A stretch of DNA of 64,000 bases, taken from Harriotta raleighana (taxonomy: Eukaryota). The notes below the pieces were generated by a model, which was not told where the DNA came from, did not search any database, and saw only the letters and a list, made by a program, of their open reading frames with translations. The stretch's first letter is position 1. Each line of letters begins with the position of its first letter. Location: NCBI GenBank assembly GCA_050575255.1, contig JBNZDD010013718.1, positions 3,786,540 through 3,850,539 of the forward strand, in the 5' to 3' direction. This document shows positions 1 to 14,123 of this stretch, piece after piece. A program made the translations under genes and the position numbers.

Positions 1-1561
1 GGTCAGAGTGTTGTATACTGTATATCGGAAGATTATAAACACCACAAAAGCATCTTCAGATGGGGCAGGAGGGAAATTAATTTGAAAGAGAATAGTTGAT
101 GAAACAGATGTCATTTTTTTGTTTTTTTAAGAGGGAAGGCAGCCTACATAATTAATTGAAACACCCGCTTCAATAGAAATCCAACATTTCTAGTGAAATC
201 TTCCCATCACTGAACAAGTGATAATCATCCATACATTTGAAACAATGTCTTTCACATTGAGAGGATCCAGTCTCAAAGTGCTTCACAGGATTTAATGTAA
301 AGTGTAGTGACTTATATTTTGAACGTCTCTCCCAAGATTGTTATCTTCAATGCAGTTAAAGGTATTTCTTTTCACAAACCATATCTAGTGCCAAGCATCA
401 TTTGAGGAAGATGTAATTGTACCTCTTTTATTTGTAACTTTTGAATTTGAACATAACCCACATGACTCCAGTATTCTTAGAGAGACACAGAGAAATCAGA
501 CATAAAACTCAGCACGACTTCTGACAGTCTGTTTAAAACTCCCTTGGATTCCTGAAAAAACAAAAGATACAGCATAAATTTGTCATCTAGAATATTGTCA
601 ATTTGTTCCCTCAGTATGCAACTTCTGGATAGTAATTCTAAATGGCACTTGATTGAAAGCATTTGCGGTAATTTCCCTCATGCTTGTCCACTAAATCCAA
701 AGGAATGAACAAAGGCTGATATGTGGCTGTTAACCCATTGCAGTCAGCGGTTGAGGACTTTCAAAATGTTTGTACCTGATTCAGGGAGCGTGAACGATTT
801 TAGGGATTTGGAATCAGCATGTGGTTGTATATATCACTTTGCAATCATAACTGTTTTCTTTGGCGTTGCAAAGTAAATGTAACCCAGAGAGGCAGTTACA
901 GTAGGAAACCCTGTCCGTGAACCACCACTCCCCATCCCCTAGAGATATCCTTATACCATATGGTATGCATTTAATGTGTGAATTAGGCCTAGACACCAAT
1001 TATCATATTATATAAACACAGGTGAGATAGATTTTTGCTCAAGATCAGTGGGTTTTCGAAGTAAAAAAACCTTCCTAATGCTTTATTGCACATAAAATGT
1101 CACATTTGTTGCATTTTCAGGGCATCTTGGCCTTCACTTTCAGGCAATTTATGGTAAAAAAAAACGCACATCTGGTCTTAAAACCTATCAGCTTGGGCTT
1201 GCTGTGCTAATATCAGACAGGAAATAGCAATCTAAAGGCTGAGGGGGTAAATGGCTGCCTCTGTGGTCTGTAATTGGTTCTTTCTGGCTTGTGAAGAATG
1301 GCAAAAGGGGCAAAAGGTGGGAGGCAGTTTAATAAAAAACACATGGCCATCAGCAAGCTTGTGACAGGCTATAAATGTGCTCCACTTACCATTCAGCAAA
1401 ATACGGATCTTGAGTTTTAATAGACTGTACAAAGGAAATTCTCCATTTAAGAGGCTGTAATAATTTTGAATGTTATTCTGCATTGTGGCGCTATTATGGG
1501 AAAGAAAAAGATCACTGTTCTGCTAATTTGATTGTTAAAGAAAAAAATAACAAACGTAATT

Positions 1562-1770
1562 CAGATAGATGTTTAAGAACCTGTGGCACTATTCAAAAAG
1601 ATAAGGAAGTTTCTCTTAATCTTCTGACCAACAATCCCCCAAATAAAATTGATTGTTCACTTCATGGCTGCTTGTAGGATTTTGCTGTGCACAAATCAAC
1701 TGTTGCATTTGCATACAAATACATTGTCACCACACATCACAGTAAAAAAAATAGTGAGTCACTTTGAATT
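1562..1770 (+). mobile_element. Old long-form DeuSINE fragment
   Basis: GATGTTTAAGAACCTGTGGCACTATTCAAAAAGA resembles the 5' Deu domain; then GTAGGATTTTGCTGTGCACAAAT. Confidence 0.7.
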
Positions 1771-4234
1771 GGTAAAAGAGAAATTGGTTGGAACAAAAAC
1801 ATCGTACATATATAAATCTAAGCCCTCCATTTGGAGGAAGCTTTTATTCTTTCACATCTTGCATGACAGTGGTCAATGTTATGGATTAAATACTTCTGTC
1901 AGTGTGCTATTGAAAATCCCAAACAAAGGTGATTATATTTATTTTGTACCCATGCAGCATATTTATTGCAAATAACTCTTATTATCATAGAGCGCTGTAT
2001 ATGAGTTCATATCCTTCAAGGGTCAAAACTCAAGACACATAATTATTTAGCTGTACATAGCTTGTGTTCAATATCTTAGCAAGACATTGACCCATCGTGT
2101 TGACAGCACTGAACCACCCTAGCTGAATCAATATTGACGTGTTAATAGATAATGAGTAATGACTGTTTTCAATGAGAAATAGAGTAATTATGTTATGGCT
2201 TGTTTTTCTCCCTCCCTTTCTAATATATTGGTGAAACTGGATTAATATAAGCACACTTCTGCCCATAGCATTACAAAACAGATATTGATTTAAAGGCCAT
2301 CTCCATAATATTCCAAATCTTAACAAACACAAGCTATTTTAACAACAGAAATCATACAATATCAAATTATTGATTGCATAGATGTGCAGTGTACAGCCAC
2401 ACCAATGGGACGATATCCTGTTGCACTATCCAAATGTAACAAAATTACATTTGGATAGTGCCCTTCACATTGGAGAATGAACCAAGGTGCTAGGAACCCA
2501 AGACATGGATTCAACTCCCATGGTATTAAATCCCTGATCTCAGTTATGTTCATATGATGAGCAGAAGCTAAATTATATTTCTTCACATTGAGGAATATAG
2601 AGGAAGGAGAGAAGAATGGGGAAAGATTGAATCGTCCCAAGGTCATTCTCATGTTCCTCTTACAATTTGCTTCAGGACTCGATTGATGCTCCTTTTGTAT
2701 CTTCTTTGCTATCTATCCAGTCAACCATTTTTGTCCTTTGACTTTCATCTTCTACTGCTGTCACCATGATTTATCATTTGAGAAGTGTTGAAAGTTTTCT
2801 TCTCTTTCAGAGTCACATGATCACAAGTCTTAGCCAATTTCGCTGAACCTCTGCCCTTTTCATCCTGTGATTATGGTACAAGGGAGGTTTTTTTTTGCTT
2901 CACTGAAGCTATTTATATCAAGCCTGTTGTACAGTAATCTGCGTTTCATAAGTTATTGATACCTTTGCAAACAGAAGCAACTACTTTTGGTGACACTTCT
3001 TGTCCACTGGTTTATTTATTGACATTCGTCAATAAATACAGTAGTTAATTTATCCCAATTTTCAGACTGAGTTGAATTAATATTTAGTGAATGATAAGCC
3101 TATGTCCTCAAATCATTTTGTTTTGCAAAGATTCATTCATTAGAAGTCAAGAATCTAGCCAACGTTAAATTGGTTCTTTACAGCAAGTTTACTTAAACTT
3201 ACTCCAGATATAAGACATTACTGATGGTACAGGCGCTCTAGAAATGTAATTTTGTTATTGTCGTTGTACAATACTGTATTGAAAAATGTATCAATGGCAA
3301 GTAATATCCTGGTCAACATTATTTTCTAGAAATTAATAAATTTTAGTTTAATTCCCATGGATAAATCTTGTTCTTTTTACACTTTACTAATATACTTCTT
3401 TGTGTACTTTCCATGACACAAAAAATACTGTTTCATTCCGAAAGAACATTTAGCTAATATAATTTACAACACATTTAATCTAACAAACATACAAACTGTG
3501 AAAAAAAGGTTTGAGCTCTGGGGTGAGATTATATTTGACATTTTTAAAGGTAATTTTGTTCATAATTCTGACTCGTTTTTGGATCCTTTGCAATAGCACA
3601 TAATTGTATGATAAAGAAATTGAGCATGTAGAGTAACTCCTTAAACTGGATTGGCCTGATCAAATACTCCATGGGATAAAATGGATTAGGTGATTCTGAT
3701 ACCAGGGAAAGTTAACACGTGCAACACAGCTCAGGTTTAATAACAGCAAAATGAAGGCCTGTTGTATGCAACTCAGGTATGTAAATAACAAGTTGCTTGC
3801 AAAGACTCTGATATCATTGCTTTGTGTTTCTAGGTCATTGCTTTTCATTTGTGCATCTCTCATCCCTTTCTTTGTCTGTCCCTCTCACCTGACTTCCTAC
3901 CAGTGATGTATTTGTATATTACACAAATACAAAAAGACACTGGCATTCACTCATGCTCCTAAACACAGTTACAAGGAATCACGAGAATCCAGAAAAGTGA
4001 CACTTAACCAGGAAACCAGTGTCATGGAATATGGACATAAATGTACATTAGCTTTGTATAAATATTTTTTAAAAGTTAAATGATTGAACATGTAAATGCC
4101 AGCTGGGGGGAGGAGGGAGACGAAATGTACATACACTACACAGTATAAAGGGCACTATTTAAATGCAAGTTGTGGTTGTATATCCATCAAGACTGCAGAA
4201 TATAAAATCAATGGATATAATACTTCTATGGAGT

Positions 4235-4525
4235 TGGAGGAGCACTGCTTTGTCAAAGACATTAAATCAAGGTCCCACCTGTATATTCAAGTTAGATGTG
4301 AAAGATGTAATGAAACCGTCGAAAAAGAGAAGCAAATTTCTCCTGGTGTCCTGGCCAACAATCCTCTGGGTAAAAGTAATTGTTGAATTCAAAGTAATTC
4401 AATGTAGGACATTGGTGTGTACAAAATGGCTGCCACACTTGCCTGCAAATAAAGTTACTGCAGCAAATCTCTCTCAGAAATCATTTCAACATTATAGGCA
4501 CTATATCAAATGTAGGGATATTAAA
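4235..4525 (+). mobile_element. Old long-form DeuSINE (5' Deu domain through tail)
   Basis: ATTAAATCAAGGTCCCACCTG..GATGTGAAAGAT..TTCTCCTGGTGTCCTGGCCAAC..AAATGGCTGCC..GGCACTATATCAAATGTAGG. Confidence 0.75.
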
Positions 4526-5599
4526 ATGTGAGGTTTATCAAGTGCTTAACTGTGAGTTTCACAAGAATCAGATATGGCATTTTTTTCAGGGACTGGGGTC
4601 TTGAAAAAAAAAGTACAAGAAAAAGCACAACTTGCATTTATATGGTGCCCTTCACAGCAGATAATGTCGCTGTGCACTTCACAAAGGCAGGCCAGACAAA
4701 TGAAGAGATGGTGCGAGAGTGATGGAGAATTAGTAATGGTTTTGTGTTTTTAACAGATAAACAAATCCCTGATCTTAACACACTTTAAACAAAGAGTTCC
4801 AAGAGGATGAAAGGATTGTTTTTTTTGCCATGTCCTTCACATCATTTGATAAGCAGTTTTTACAAACAGGTTAAGCTTAACATAAAAGCCTTTCCTTTTC
4901 TCTGGTTCAGTAATGGAGTTGAATTAGCTCAAAAACATGGGTAATAAGAGAGGTTTGGCATCAAAAGAGGCAAAGAGACTTCAAACAGCAAAAGTTTCAT
5001 GCAGGAGCAGTACTCAAGGGTTGTAGCTCAGCTTTTAGTCCAGTTACTTTGAAGGACTGAATGGGAACAAACAAGCATCATCACAGATGAACTCTGTAGC
5101 CAAAGTTACACACAGCTAAGATAAAAAGAAACCCGTTTTGACTCTGATAAAATATAAAAAGGCAATGATATTGCTGTACTCATTACCCATGCCTATAAGG
5201 TGCTTCAGAGATCAATGTCATCAATGGCAACACAGACTTCAAGACCACAAGAGAAACCTCTTTATAAACATATCCCGGGTAAGTGTACTTCAGAGAGAGC
5301 TATGTACCCTTGCATCCTTAGAGTGCACTATGCATTACAGGTCTCAAGGTAGCAGGCTGGAGATGCATGGTAAAAGTTTTTAATTGGTTCAAAGGTCAAG
5401 TGATGAGGCTAATTTATTTTTGATCCATGGCTGTTACCCAGAATGAAAGAGTACTAGAGGTACCAGAGTTGGGAACCAGAGAGAAGATACATGAACTTTG
5501 TTCACATTCTTATTTTGTCATCACCAGAACAATTAAAATATGTTTCAACAAAAGAAATAATTGATATTCTGAAGTACAATAAATCTGTCGGTCTAGCAT

Positions 5600-5737
5600 G
5601 CAAGCTGATCCCCTAGCTCATCCTGTTGCAACTGCTCCTGTCAACTGTTCCATCTCTTCTGCATGGAAACCAGCAAATGTTGTACCTCTCCATCAAAAAG
5701 TCATCACGTCAGACTCAATCACTGCAGCTCCCGTCAA
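5600..5737 (+). mobile_element. Ancient LINE ORF2 fragment (region preceding the RT domain)
   Basis: LAHPV..SISSAWKPANVVPLHQK..SD resembles the CR1/L2 motif P..WK.A.V.PI.KK. Confidence 0.6.
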
Positions 5738-6988
5738 AGTTTGGAGAGAAGTTGTCGAGAAATATAGGGAGAATTCACATTTTTATAGTGCTCTATCATA
5801 TCAAAACATTTAAGGTAATTAAGATCAAGTTTAGCCAATATTTTTGCAGGCAAATTTGGCAGGATTTTTACACACAGCAAGGTACCCAAACAACTATGAG
5901 CTCAATGACTCAAGGAGAACGCTATCTTATCATTCCTTGTAACTCATTGATCTTCTCTGTATAGTTTTAAGGCACCGATAGCCGCAATACAGCTACCTAA
6001 TCAGTTATGACAAAATACAAATATGTACATTTAATATATATATAAATCCAAGACAAATGCAATAATTGCAAGTTTATAATCCCAAGATTTAAGTGACATT
6101 TTCTCACTCTTCAAATGAAATTGAGTAAAAATATACGTTCATAAGAGCTCCCGTTATACTGAAATTTGGATGGACGCATCCAGCTATAGATAATGAGCAA
6201 CTTTTGAAGCTCAATAGTAATATTCAAGACACAACTTAAAACATCACAATGTTAAAATTGTCTTGAATTATGTATTTATTCCTTAAAACCAGCATTGTGG
6301 GGAGAGAGTTGTGCTGGTGAAAAGAGTAGCTTTAGAATATTTCACTATGAAATAATTTACATTATTTTGACTTGTGAACAATGGAGACAGGATTTTTTTG
6401 CGTTCTACAGCTGATTAGATTTTAATGGGAAATACCTGAAGGTACAAAACAATACAGAAGTACATTATTAACCTTCGGCAATAATCTATTTTCCTTTAAT
6501 ATCTAGTTGCTAGGACACCAAAGCACTATTCTGCGATTTAACCTCCAGCAGCATCAATGAGCTCTACTTTTGCTGAAACATTTAAACAGCTGAAACAGGT
6601 CATCATGAGGAGATAACTTCATGAATTACAAGAGTTATTGTTTAATGTGGCTTACAAAACCAGACATGCTAGCGTTAATTGTGGTTCATTTATGAACGTA
6701 CAATGGAGTAAAGCTTAGGCTCATACTCTTTTGAAATTTCTATGGATATTCTGCTCTATTTGCTCAATGTATCAAATTAGCTGAGGTGTATGAGTCCATT
6801 CCATTCAATCTTTGTCTATAATGTAGTTTTACTTATAACTCAAATTTATTCTTTGCAGTAATTTATAAACCCACATTGCCATATGCCAACTTTAGCTAAT
6901 AGAACAGAATATCCAGATCACACCAACACCAAAACAACAACAACAACAAAATTACACTTATAGAAAGTTACTTCCTTAAGTTATTTTC

Positions 6989-7722
6989 TTAAGGGGGATG
7001 AACATACAGAGAGATCTGGGTGTTCAAGTAAGCGAATCATTAAAAGTAGCAGGGCAGGTAGATAAGGCAGTAAAAAAGGCATTTTGTGTACTGATCTTTA
7101 TTAGTAGGGGCATAGAGTTTAAGAGTAGGGAAGTTATGGTTAATTTATACAAAACACTGGTTAGGCCTCAGCTGGAGTACTAGGTCCAGTTCTGGGCACC
7201 TTACTCCAGGAAGGACATTAATCACTGGAAAGGGTGCAGAGGCAATTCACGAGAATGATTCCAGGAACCTTAACTATGAAGACAGGTTGGAGAAGTTAGG
7301 ACTTTTCACATTAGAGCAGAGAAGGTTACTCGGAGACCTGATAAGAGGTCTTCAAGATCATGAAAGGTTTCGACAGGCTAGATAGGGAAAAGCTATTTCT
7401 GCTGGTAGGTGTTTCTGTGACCCGTGGTCACAGTCTTAAGATATCTACCAAAAGAAGCAGAGGGGAGGATAGAAGAAATGTTTTCACTCAACAAGTTGTT
7501 CGAATTTGGAATGATCTGCCTGAAAGGGTAGTGAGGTCCGATTCAATAGCAGCTTTTAAGAGAGAACTGGATAGGTATCTGGGGAAGATGGTTTGCAGGG
7601 TTATGGGGAGAAAGCTGGTGATTGGGGTTAATAAAAATGACATTGCTCTGTCAAAGAGCCGACACAGACTCGATGGGCCGAATGGCCTCTTTCTGTGCCG
7701 TAACATTCTATGATTCTATGAT
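6989..7722 (+). mobile_element. CR1-clade LINE, 5'-truncated: ORF2 C-terminal region (stop and frameshifts) plus 3' UTR
   Basis: Peptides QRDLGVQV, LYKTLVRPQLEY, KGFDRLDREKLF, TRGHSLKI, NVFTQQVVRIWNDLP and FKRELDRYL are typical of the CR1 ORF2 end. The 3' UTR has GATGGGCCGAATGGCCT and ends in the (ATTCTATG)n CR1 microsatellite. Confidence 0.95.
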
Positions 7723-7909
7723 CAGAAGAAATTAACTCCCGATATTATATAATAATAATGATTATAATAATATTATAACTCCCTGTATTCTCTGCTTACC
7801 AAAGTTTGTGGCCAACTGATCTTTTTAAGTTGTTTGTATTAGATAGAGATGTGCATTGTCTCTAAGTAAGTGAAAGAGCTATTATATATCCCTTCATTGG
7901 CAACTAAAA

Positions 7910-8101
7910 CCACAATAATAAAATTGGTAATTTCAATCTCTGACTGTTTGTGGGACGCTGCTGTGCGCAATTGGCTGCCGCATTCCGCCCACAAATATAC
8001 AGTCAATTCACTTTACAGTATATTCTGTGAAGCGCTTTGGGACGTCGATAAGATGTGAAAAGTGCTATATCAAATGCAAGGATTATTATTATTATTATTA
8101 T
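7910..8101 (+). mobile_element. Deu-core SINE, 5'-truncated, well preserved (CpGs retained)
   Basis: TTTGTGGGACGCTGCTGTGCGCAATTGGCTGCCGC..CTGTGAAGCGCTTTGGGACGTC..TATATCAAATGCAAGG(ATT)n. Confidence 0.92.
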
Positions 8102-8356
8102 AACCACCTATTATTTTTAAATTGGTGTCAATTTGGAAATACAACAATGTGATACAGTTCACCTACTCTCTGCCTTTTTACACAAGGTGCTAATCGATAA
8201 GGTAACTAAATGTGCTATTTCCCTTTCTGATATGCAACAACAGGCACTTAGTCACACCATGAAAACACAGTTGAGATTTCACTTTCAGGTTGATCCAGTT
8301 CTACACATGTAAAATTAGTCCACATTGCTACAGCAGGATATAAACTCATATAAGCT

Positions 8357-8442
8357 TAGGTTCTATCTAGTTTTCTAAATTCTTCAGGGTTGAACAGAAT
8401 AGGTTCTATCTAGTTTTCTAAATTCTTCAGGGTTGAACAGAA
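8357..8442. repeat. Perfect 43 bp tandem duplication
   Basis: TAGGTTCTATCTAGTTTTCTAAATTCTTCAGGGTTGAACAGAA occurs twice in succession. Confidence 0.95.
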
Positions 8443-8481
8443 TAACTTGTGTCGCACATGTCCCGTAGATATTTCATAAAG

Positions 8482-8657
8482 AAAATCGGTCACTTCAGTT
8501 CATGACTGTTTGTGGAACACTGGTGTGGCAATTGGCTGCCGCGTTTCACCCACAAAATATACAGTCAATTCACTTTACATTATACTTTGTGAAGCTCTTT
8601 GAGACATCTAGAAGTCGTGAAAAGTGCTATATCAAGTGCAAGTATTATTATTATTAA
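8482..8657 (+). mobile_element. Deu-core SINE, 5'-truncated
   Basis: Same core and tail as 7910-8101. Confidence 0.9.
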
Positions 8658-9211
8658 TTGTGACATTTCTGCTGCTAAGTGCAATGTACTGACATTTGCA
8701 ATATGCATTTGATGATGGAAAATGTCATGCCCTTAAAAATCTTGATAACACATTTCACTGATATCTACCTGTTTTAGATTTTTGAGTGAAACTGTGGATC
8801 TTTTACTGGACCAGAATCTTGATTTCTAAAAAAAGTGATGTGATAGAACGTTTTGCATCCCTTGAAATACTTAGCTTGGCTTCATCTAGTTGGCTACAGT
8901 TAATGTTTCTCTCTGAAGTAGTAGCAAGGGCTGTATATCCTTCTGATTTCCCTGTCATCCTCATGCAGTGCTGATCAGAAATGAAACTCATGATTTGGGG
9001 AAGAAAAACATTTCAACCCTTTTGCGTGGACTTCAAATTAGCATGGAATCAAAATAACCTTGAAATTAAAAAGTAGGAAACTGGCACAAAAAGGGAACAT
9101 AATGAAATAAATGTAACCTGCCAAGTAATATTGCATATAAAGAATGTCAACATATATGAACAGTTTTCTGTGTGTTTTATTTGGAAAGAAGGAAATATGA
9201 TTCTAAAAAAA

Positions 9212-9353
9212 ATCCTTGCATTTGTTCAAGTGCCTTTCAGAGCAGGAAAGCGTCTTAAAACACATCAAAGGAAATTATTATAATGTGTAGTGACTGTATT
9301 TTGTAGGAAAACAAGGCAGCCAATTCACCTAAAGCAATGTGCCACAAACAGCC
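9212..9353 (-). mobile_element. Deu-core SINE, diverged
   Basis: ATCCTTGCATTTG..GGCAGCCAATT..GCCACAAACAG matches the reverse complement of the family core and tail. Confidence 0.75.
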
Positions 9354-11505
9354 ACTCCAAATAAACAAACTGCAGTACTGGCATGTTGAATAGCTTTCTT
9401 TGGAGAATTTTGAGCTATCTTATCACTCAGCTGAATTGCAGCTGAATATTTTCTATTTCTAGAATATCTTTGCCTTTTCTATTTGGAAAACTACGTTTTT
9501 ACTGTGTATTTTTTCCTTCTTTATCTTCCAAATGATTTTACATTATACTGCAATTTATTCTGATGCTGGCTTATTGCAAAGTTTAAAGGCAAACTATTTT
9601 TTTCTGAAAAGCTAGGCCATTATGTATGCATTAATCCTTTATCCTGAATTTCTTTCACACTGCAGCAAAACAGACATTTTCCATCACCTAATATCTATTA
9701 AGAACAGTTTTCTATAACAGGTAAGAATTGCAAGATGGAGGGGTGAGAGAGTCACAATGGTAAAAACATTTATGTACTCATTCAAGCAGATTGAGATCTT
9801 ATATTGAGATGCGAATGAATGGAGATCTCAAATTTTCAATCCTGAAATAGTTTGAACTCTCCCTCCATTTCTTTTTAATCCCCAGTCTAAGAGATGTTTG
9901 CGTTTCTCTTCCATACAGACTGCTGCATTCAGGCAGAACGCATAATGGGCACTCCATTTAAACAGACAAGGAAGAGTTTGCACTATTGGAAACATTCATT
10001 GGCTACTGGAAAATCCTTCACATCCTCACAGATCTGTTAGAGCCAATTCCAACTGTGGTTCAATTGTGTAAGAATATGTATGAATCAATTGGCATTCACT
10101 TCCAAACAGAAGTTCTACAAGCCCAGTCTTTTGCTTTGCCTGCCTAGTCAAGATTGGTGAGCTCCGTCGAACATTAACAAAGTAATTTTGTGCAAAGCAG
10201 ACGTCATCCTGACATGAAAGGCTCTATACAAGTGTAATTTTGTTGTTGTTGTTGAAAAGGATGGGAAGAAGTCACTGATATCGTCCAGCTAACATCCCTT
10301 CGATCACAACTTCTATGTGTAAATGAAGGAATGCTGCAGGTCACAGTTCTGGAGAATCAACAGGTTATACTACTTGAAATCAACTGATAGAAGGTTGCAC
10401 AACAAGCAATCTGCAAAGTGAACAAGGGAAGGGGACGATTTATTTTTAAATCTATTATTTTTTTCCATTTTTCACTATGGTGAAGTTTTTTTTAGAAAAC
10501 ATTTGTTGGGTGCAGCTGAATTCAATTTTGCACCTTTTTATGACTACTTTCAAAAATTGTCAGAAACTCCATCGATGCACAATTTCGGCACGTGAAAGAC
10601 AAAGTTCATATGGCGAAGGCCCATTAGCAAAACATTATGGACCCATTAATGTGCAGCTGTAACAACAAAATATGAAACTAAATCACAAGTTGAGAGGAAC
10701 CATTTCCCCTGCATTGATTTAGACAATCACGAGTGGAAAAATGTGCATGAGTGTTTTTGATATGAAGGAATTCTGTTATTTTAGAACACAGTATTGTAGA
10801 TACATATTTTTAGTTCATTCTCAGCATTGGTATGTATAGATAGATTCTGTAATTGTTTTGTAAAATGTTCTGAAGTTTACTATAGATGTCCATCATATAG
10901 AGTTTAAAAGAAACAAAAGTAAAGGGTACTGGAATGAGTGAGAAATCGCAATAAATAGGTTCAAAGAACAAAATGCCTCATTCTTGGCTCTAATTGTCTA
11001 TGATTTGAATATCTGCTGGAATTAGAGTCTGCCTGGCTCGTTGGTGGTACTTTCTCCGGCCATTTGTTATAGGAACCACAAGTGGTTTCATTCTAATCTA
11101 CTCTACTATCTGATCCTTGTGACTGCTTATAGGGATGAGAGAATATATCCTTTTATATTTTCATCTTCAGAAGAGATAACAGTGTTCCAAACTTTTTGCT
11201 GCAATGGATCTGTAATTATCATCATGTAAACCATACATATCTGTGGAATCTGCATCCATTACAATAAGTTTTATTGAAGGAGCATTTATATAATCTAAAG
11301 TAATTCACTAAAACTTGGGTTCGCTTATAGCACAATTGCGGTTGTGACAATTACATATCAAAAAATCACAATATACCATTTAGAGTATTTTCCAACATTG
11401 CAATTTGAAGCATGATGCAAGCTGATGGAACTGACTGGTTTTGTGCATTTGACCTTGTGGTCACAACTTCCCTTGTCTTTGTAATAAATACAAAGAAGCA
11501 AAGCA

Positions 11506-11735
11506 TTGATATGCCTAACAATAATCCCTCAAAAAGAAACAATAATAAATTGGTCATTTCAATCGACAACTGTTAGTGGGACACTGCTGTGCGCAATTGG
11601 CTGCCGTGTTTCGCCCACATATGTACAGCCAATTCGCTTTGCAGAATATTCTGTGAAGCACTTTGAGATGTCTATAACATATGAAAAGCACAATATCAAA
11701 TGCAGAGATTCCTCTTCTTATTACTGTATTATTAT
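11506..11735 (+). mobile_element. Deu-core SINE, 5'-truncated
   Basis: GTGGGACACTGCTGTGCGCAATTGGCTGCCGTGTTTCGCCCAC..CTGTGAAGCACTTTGAGATGT. Confidence 0.9.
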
Positions 11736-12529
11736 ACGTACTTTTAAAAACCATTATAACGACACAGAACCAAATTAGTGATTTTATTTGCCACCATTAG
11801 AATACCAGATTTTTTTTTTTAAATCACAATTTGCATTTGTAAATGATTTATAGCCAACAACACATTGGCAGATAGAAAGTAATTACAGTCAGGGTTATTG
11901 GCTATAAGTACAACTGTGTTAAAAATGGCCAGTGATCAGAGTTAATCCCATTGTTAAATAGTTCCAACTATTATTTGCTATGCGAGAAATTGCTTCGAAC
12001 ACTGAACAATATGGCCAGGCCTATGAAACAAAGGAAAAAAGATGTTGAATCCAGGTAGGAAATGTACTCCCAGCTGTGCTATATTTTCAGAGTACTCAAC
12101 AAACCTTCAGAGAATGACACACCAGTGCAGCTTGAGGGAGTACAGAAAACCTCCCAATGCTCCCGTGTATTCTCCAGTTTACTTGACGATTCTCTTTGAT
12201 GCAGCATTGACATCTGTTCAGTTTTTTTTTACTACTTTGGTAAGTTGGGATCAGTCTATCATCCCTTATGTTCAGAACCAGCATCAAATATTCCTGACTT
12301 TTCTGCAAGTAGTTTGAAATACTGACATGAAACAGCACACCCCCTCCCTGGCACAGTTTTTCTTTCTGCAGCACCCCCACTCCCCCGCTTTGAGACGTCC
12401 TCCCGATGTGAAACAGGCTATGCAATTGTAATATTGTTTGTTCAACCATTTTAGAGGTCACTAAAGGATTTAGATCTCTTTTAATTATTATCTAGCTCAT
12501 GTTGAAGATTGTTTAGGCACAGAAATGTA

Positions 12530-13600
12530 GAACAACAACAACAACAAAATTCCACTTGTATTGTGCCTTTCATGTCAGGAAGACGTCACAAGGCGCTGGT
12601 CAGTCAATGTTTCAGACCCGAGCTGGGGTCGGGAATGGGGAGGGTGGAGGGTAGGGGGGTTATTAGGGGGGAACCAATGGGGCCATCAAAGTGGAGGGTC
12701 TTGAGGTGGGACTTGAAGGAGGCTAGGGAGGGGCGAGGTGGAGGGAGGGACTACAGAATGAAATTCCAGAGGTTACGGGCAGGGTGGCTGGAGGCTCGTG
12801 CGCCAATGGGTGGATCTGGAGACATGGAGCAGGCTGGGGTCTGCTGAGCAAAGAGGGTGGGCAGGCTTGTAGAGGGTTAAGAGATTGCAGAGGTTGCGTA
12901 GGGCGAGGCCACGGAGGGCTTTGAATGTGAGAACCAGGATCTTTAATCAATTCCTCTGGGTAATGGCGATCACAGGTTCGACGTTGACAGAGTCAAGCCT
13001 GAAGGCTTGAATGAGGGTTTCAGCGGCCTGAGGGGTGAGATAATGGTGGAGTCGAGCAATATTACAGAGGTGAGGAAAAGCAGAGTGGGTCATGGCTTGG
13101 ATGTGGGTGAGGATTGACAGTTGCGGATCAAACAAGAAACGTAGGTTCCTTACTGTCTTGGTGCGGTTGAGTGTGCAATCACAGAGGTTGATGCAACCAG
13201 TGCCTGATGTGTGATGGCACCGGAGCGAGCCAATCAGGAAGGCCTCGGTCCTGTTGTCATTCAACTGTAGAAAGTTAGCTCTCATCCAGGACTTGATGTC
13301 TGACAGGCAGTCTGTCAGGACAGTAGTGGTCCTGAAGTCAAGGATAGAGGCAGAAAGATAGAGTTGGGTGTCATCAGCATACATGTGGAAGTTGACCCCA
13401 TGTCTGCCGTTGATGTCACCAATATTGTGATTTTGTGGCATGTAAATATTGAAAAGCAGGGGACCAAGGACAGAGCCCTGCCGAATGCCACAGGTTACAC
13501 CAGGGGGGCTGGAGGAGAAGCCACTTGTGGTGACAATGTGGAGACGGTAAGAAAGGTAAAACTCAAAACAGGCGAGGCCAGGTCCATAAAGAACAATGCA
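12530..13600 (-). mobile_element. L2-clade LINE, 5'-truncated: reverse transcriptase core to 3' tail
   Basis: Minus strand reads VTCGIRQGSVLGPLLFNIYM, FHMYADDTQLY, CLSDIKSWMRANFLQLN and LCNIARLHHYLTPQAAETLIQAF. It continues into a pyrimidine-rich 3' UTR and a (TTG)n tail at about 12530-12546. Frameshifts are present. Confidence 0.95.
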
Positions 13601-14062
13601 GAGAGAAGATATATTAGAAGCCTAGAGATCCTTGGAACCTAAATACAGTGCTTTTGATGTTCAGATATTCTAGATATTATCTGAACATTGGATATCATCT
13701 ATAAAGACCAGTTTTTTTAGTTTTCCTTCATTTTGCCTTGCCAACGTTTTAGCACTTTTCTTCACTACAAGACTGCTATCAGGAGCTGGCAGAAGTACAA
13801 TTGTCTGTATTCTTTATTTTAACATATTCATTTAGTTCACACCAATTTTATTGATCAGCGCATGGAACCATTATTGCGTACTATGAAACAAGAGGCCAAT
13901 CTTTGCCTTAGAGGGTGAGCCAATTTTATATAATGTGGCGTGCAGGGAGGATTGAAAGCTGAATAGGTGAAATTGTAAACTGTCGACATGGAATTGATCT
14001 TAAGGTCCCTTAAGTCAGACGTTGCCTGGTCATCACCAGAGATAAGCGATTATTTGCTAATC

Positions 14063-14123
14063 AGTGCCTTGGGACGTCCTCCCGACGTGAAAGGGGCTCT
14101 ATAAATGTAATTTTATTGTTGTT
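14063..14123 (+). mobile_element. Isolated L2 3' terminus (similar stubs at about 2437-2492 -, 3225-3266 +, 4628-4685 -, 10198-10254 +, 12385-12442 +, 16047-16089 +, 16935-16980 -, 20307-20362 +, 34265-34320 +, 43635-43685 +)
   Basis: TTGGGACGTCCTCCCGACGTGAAAGGGGCTCTATAAATGTAATTTTATTGTTGTT matches the terminus of the longer L2 copies in this window. Confidence 0.8.
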
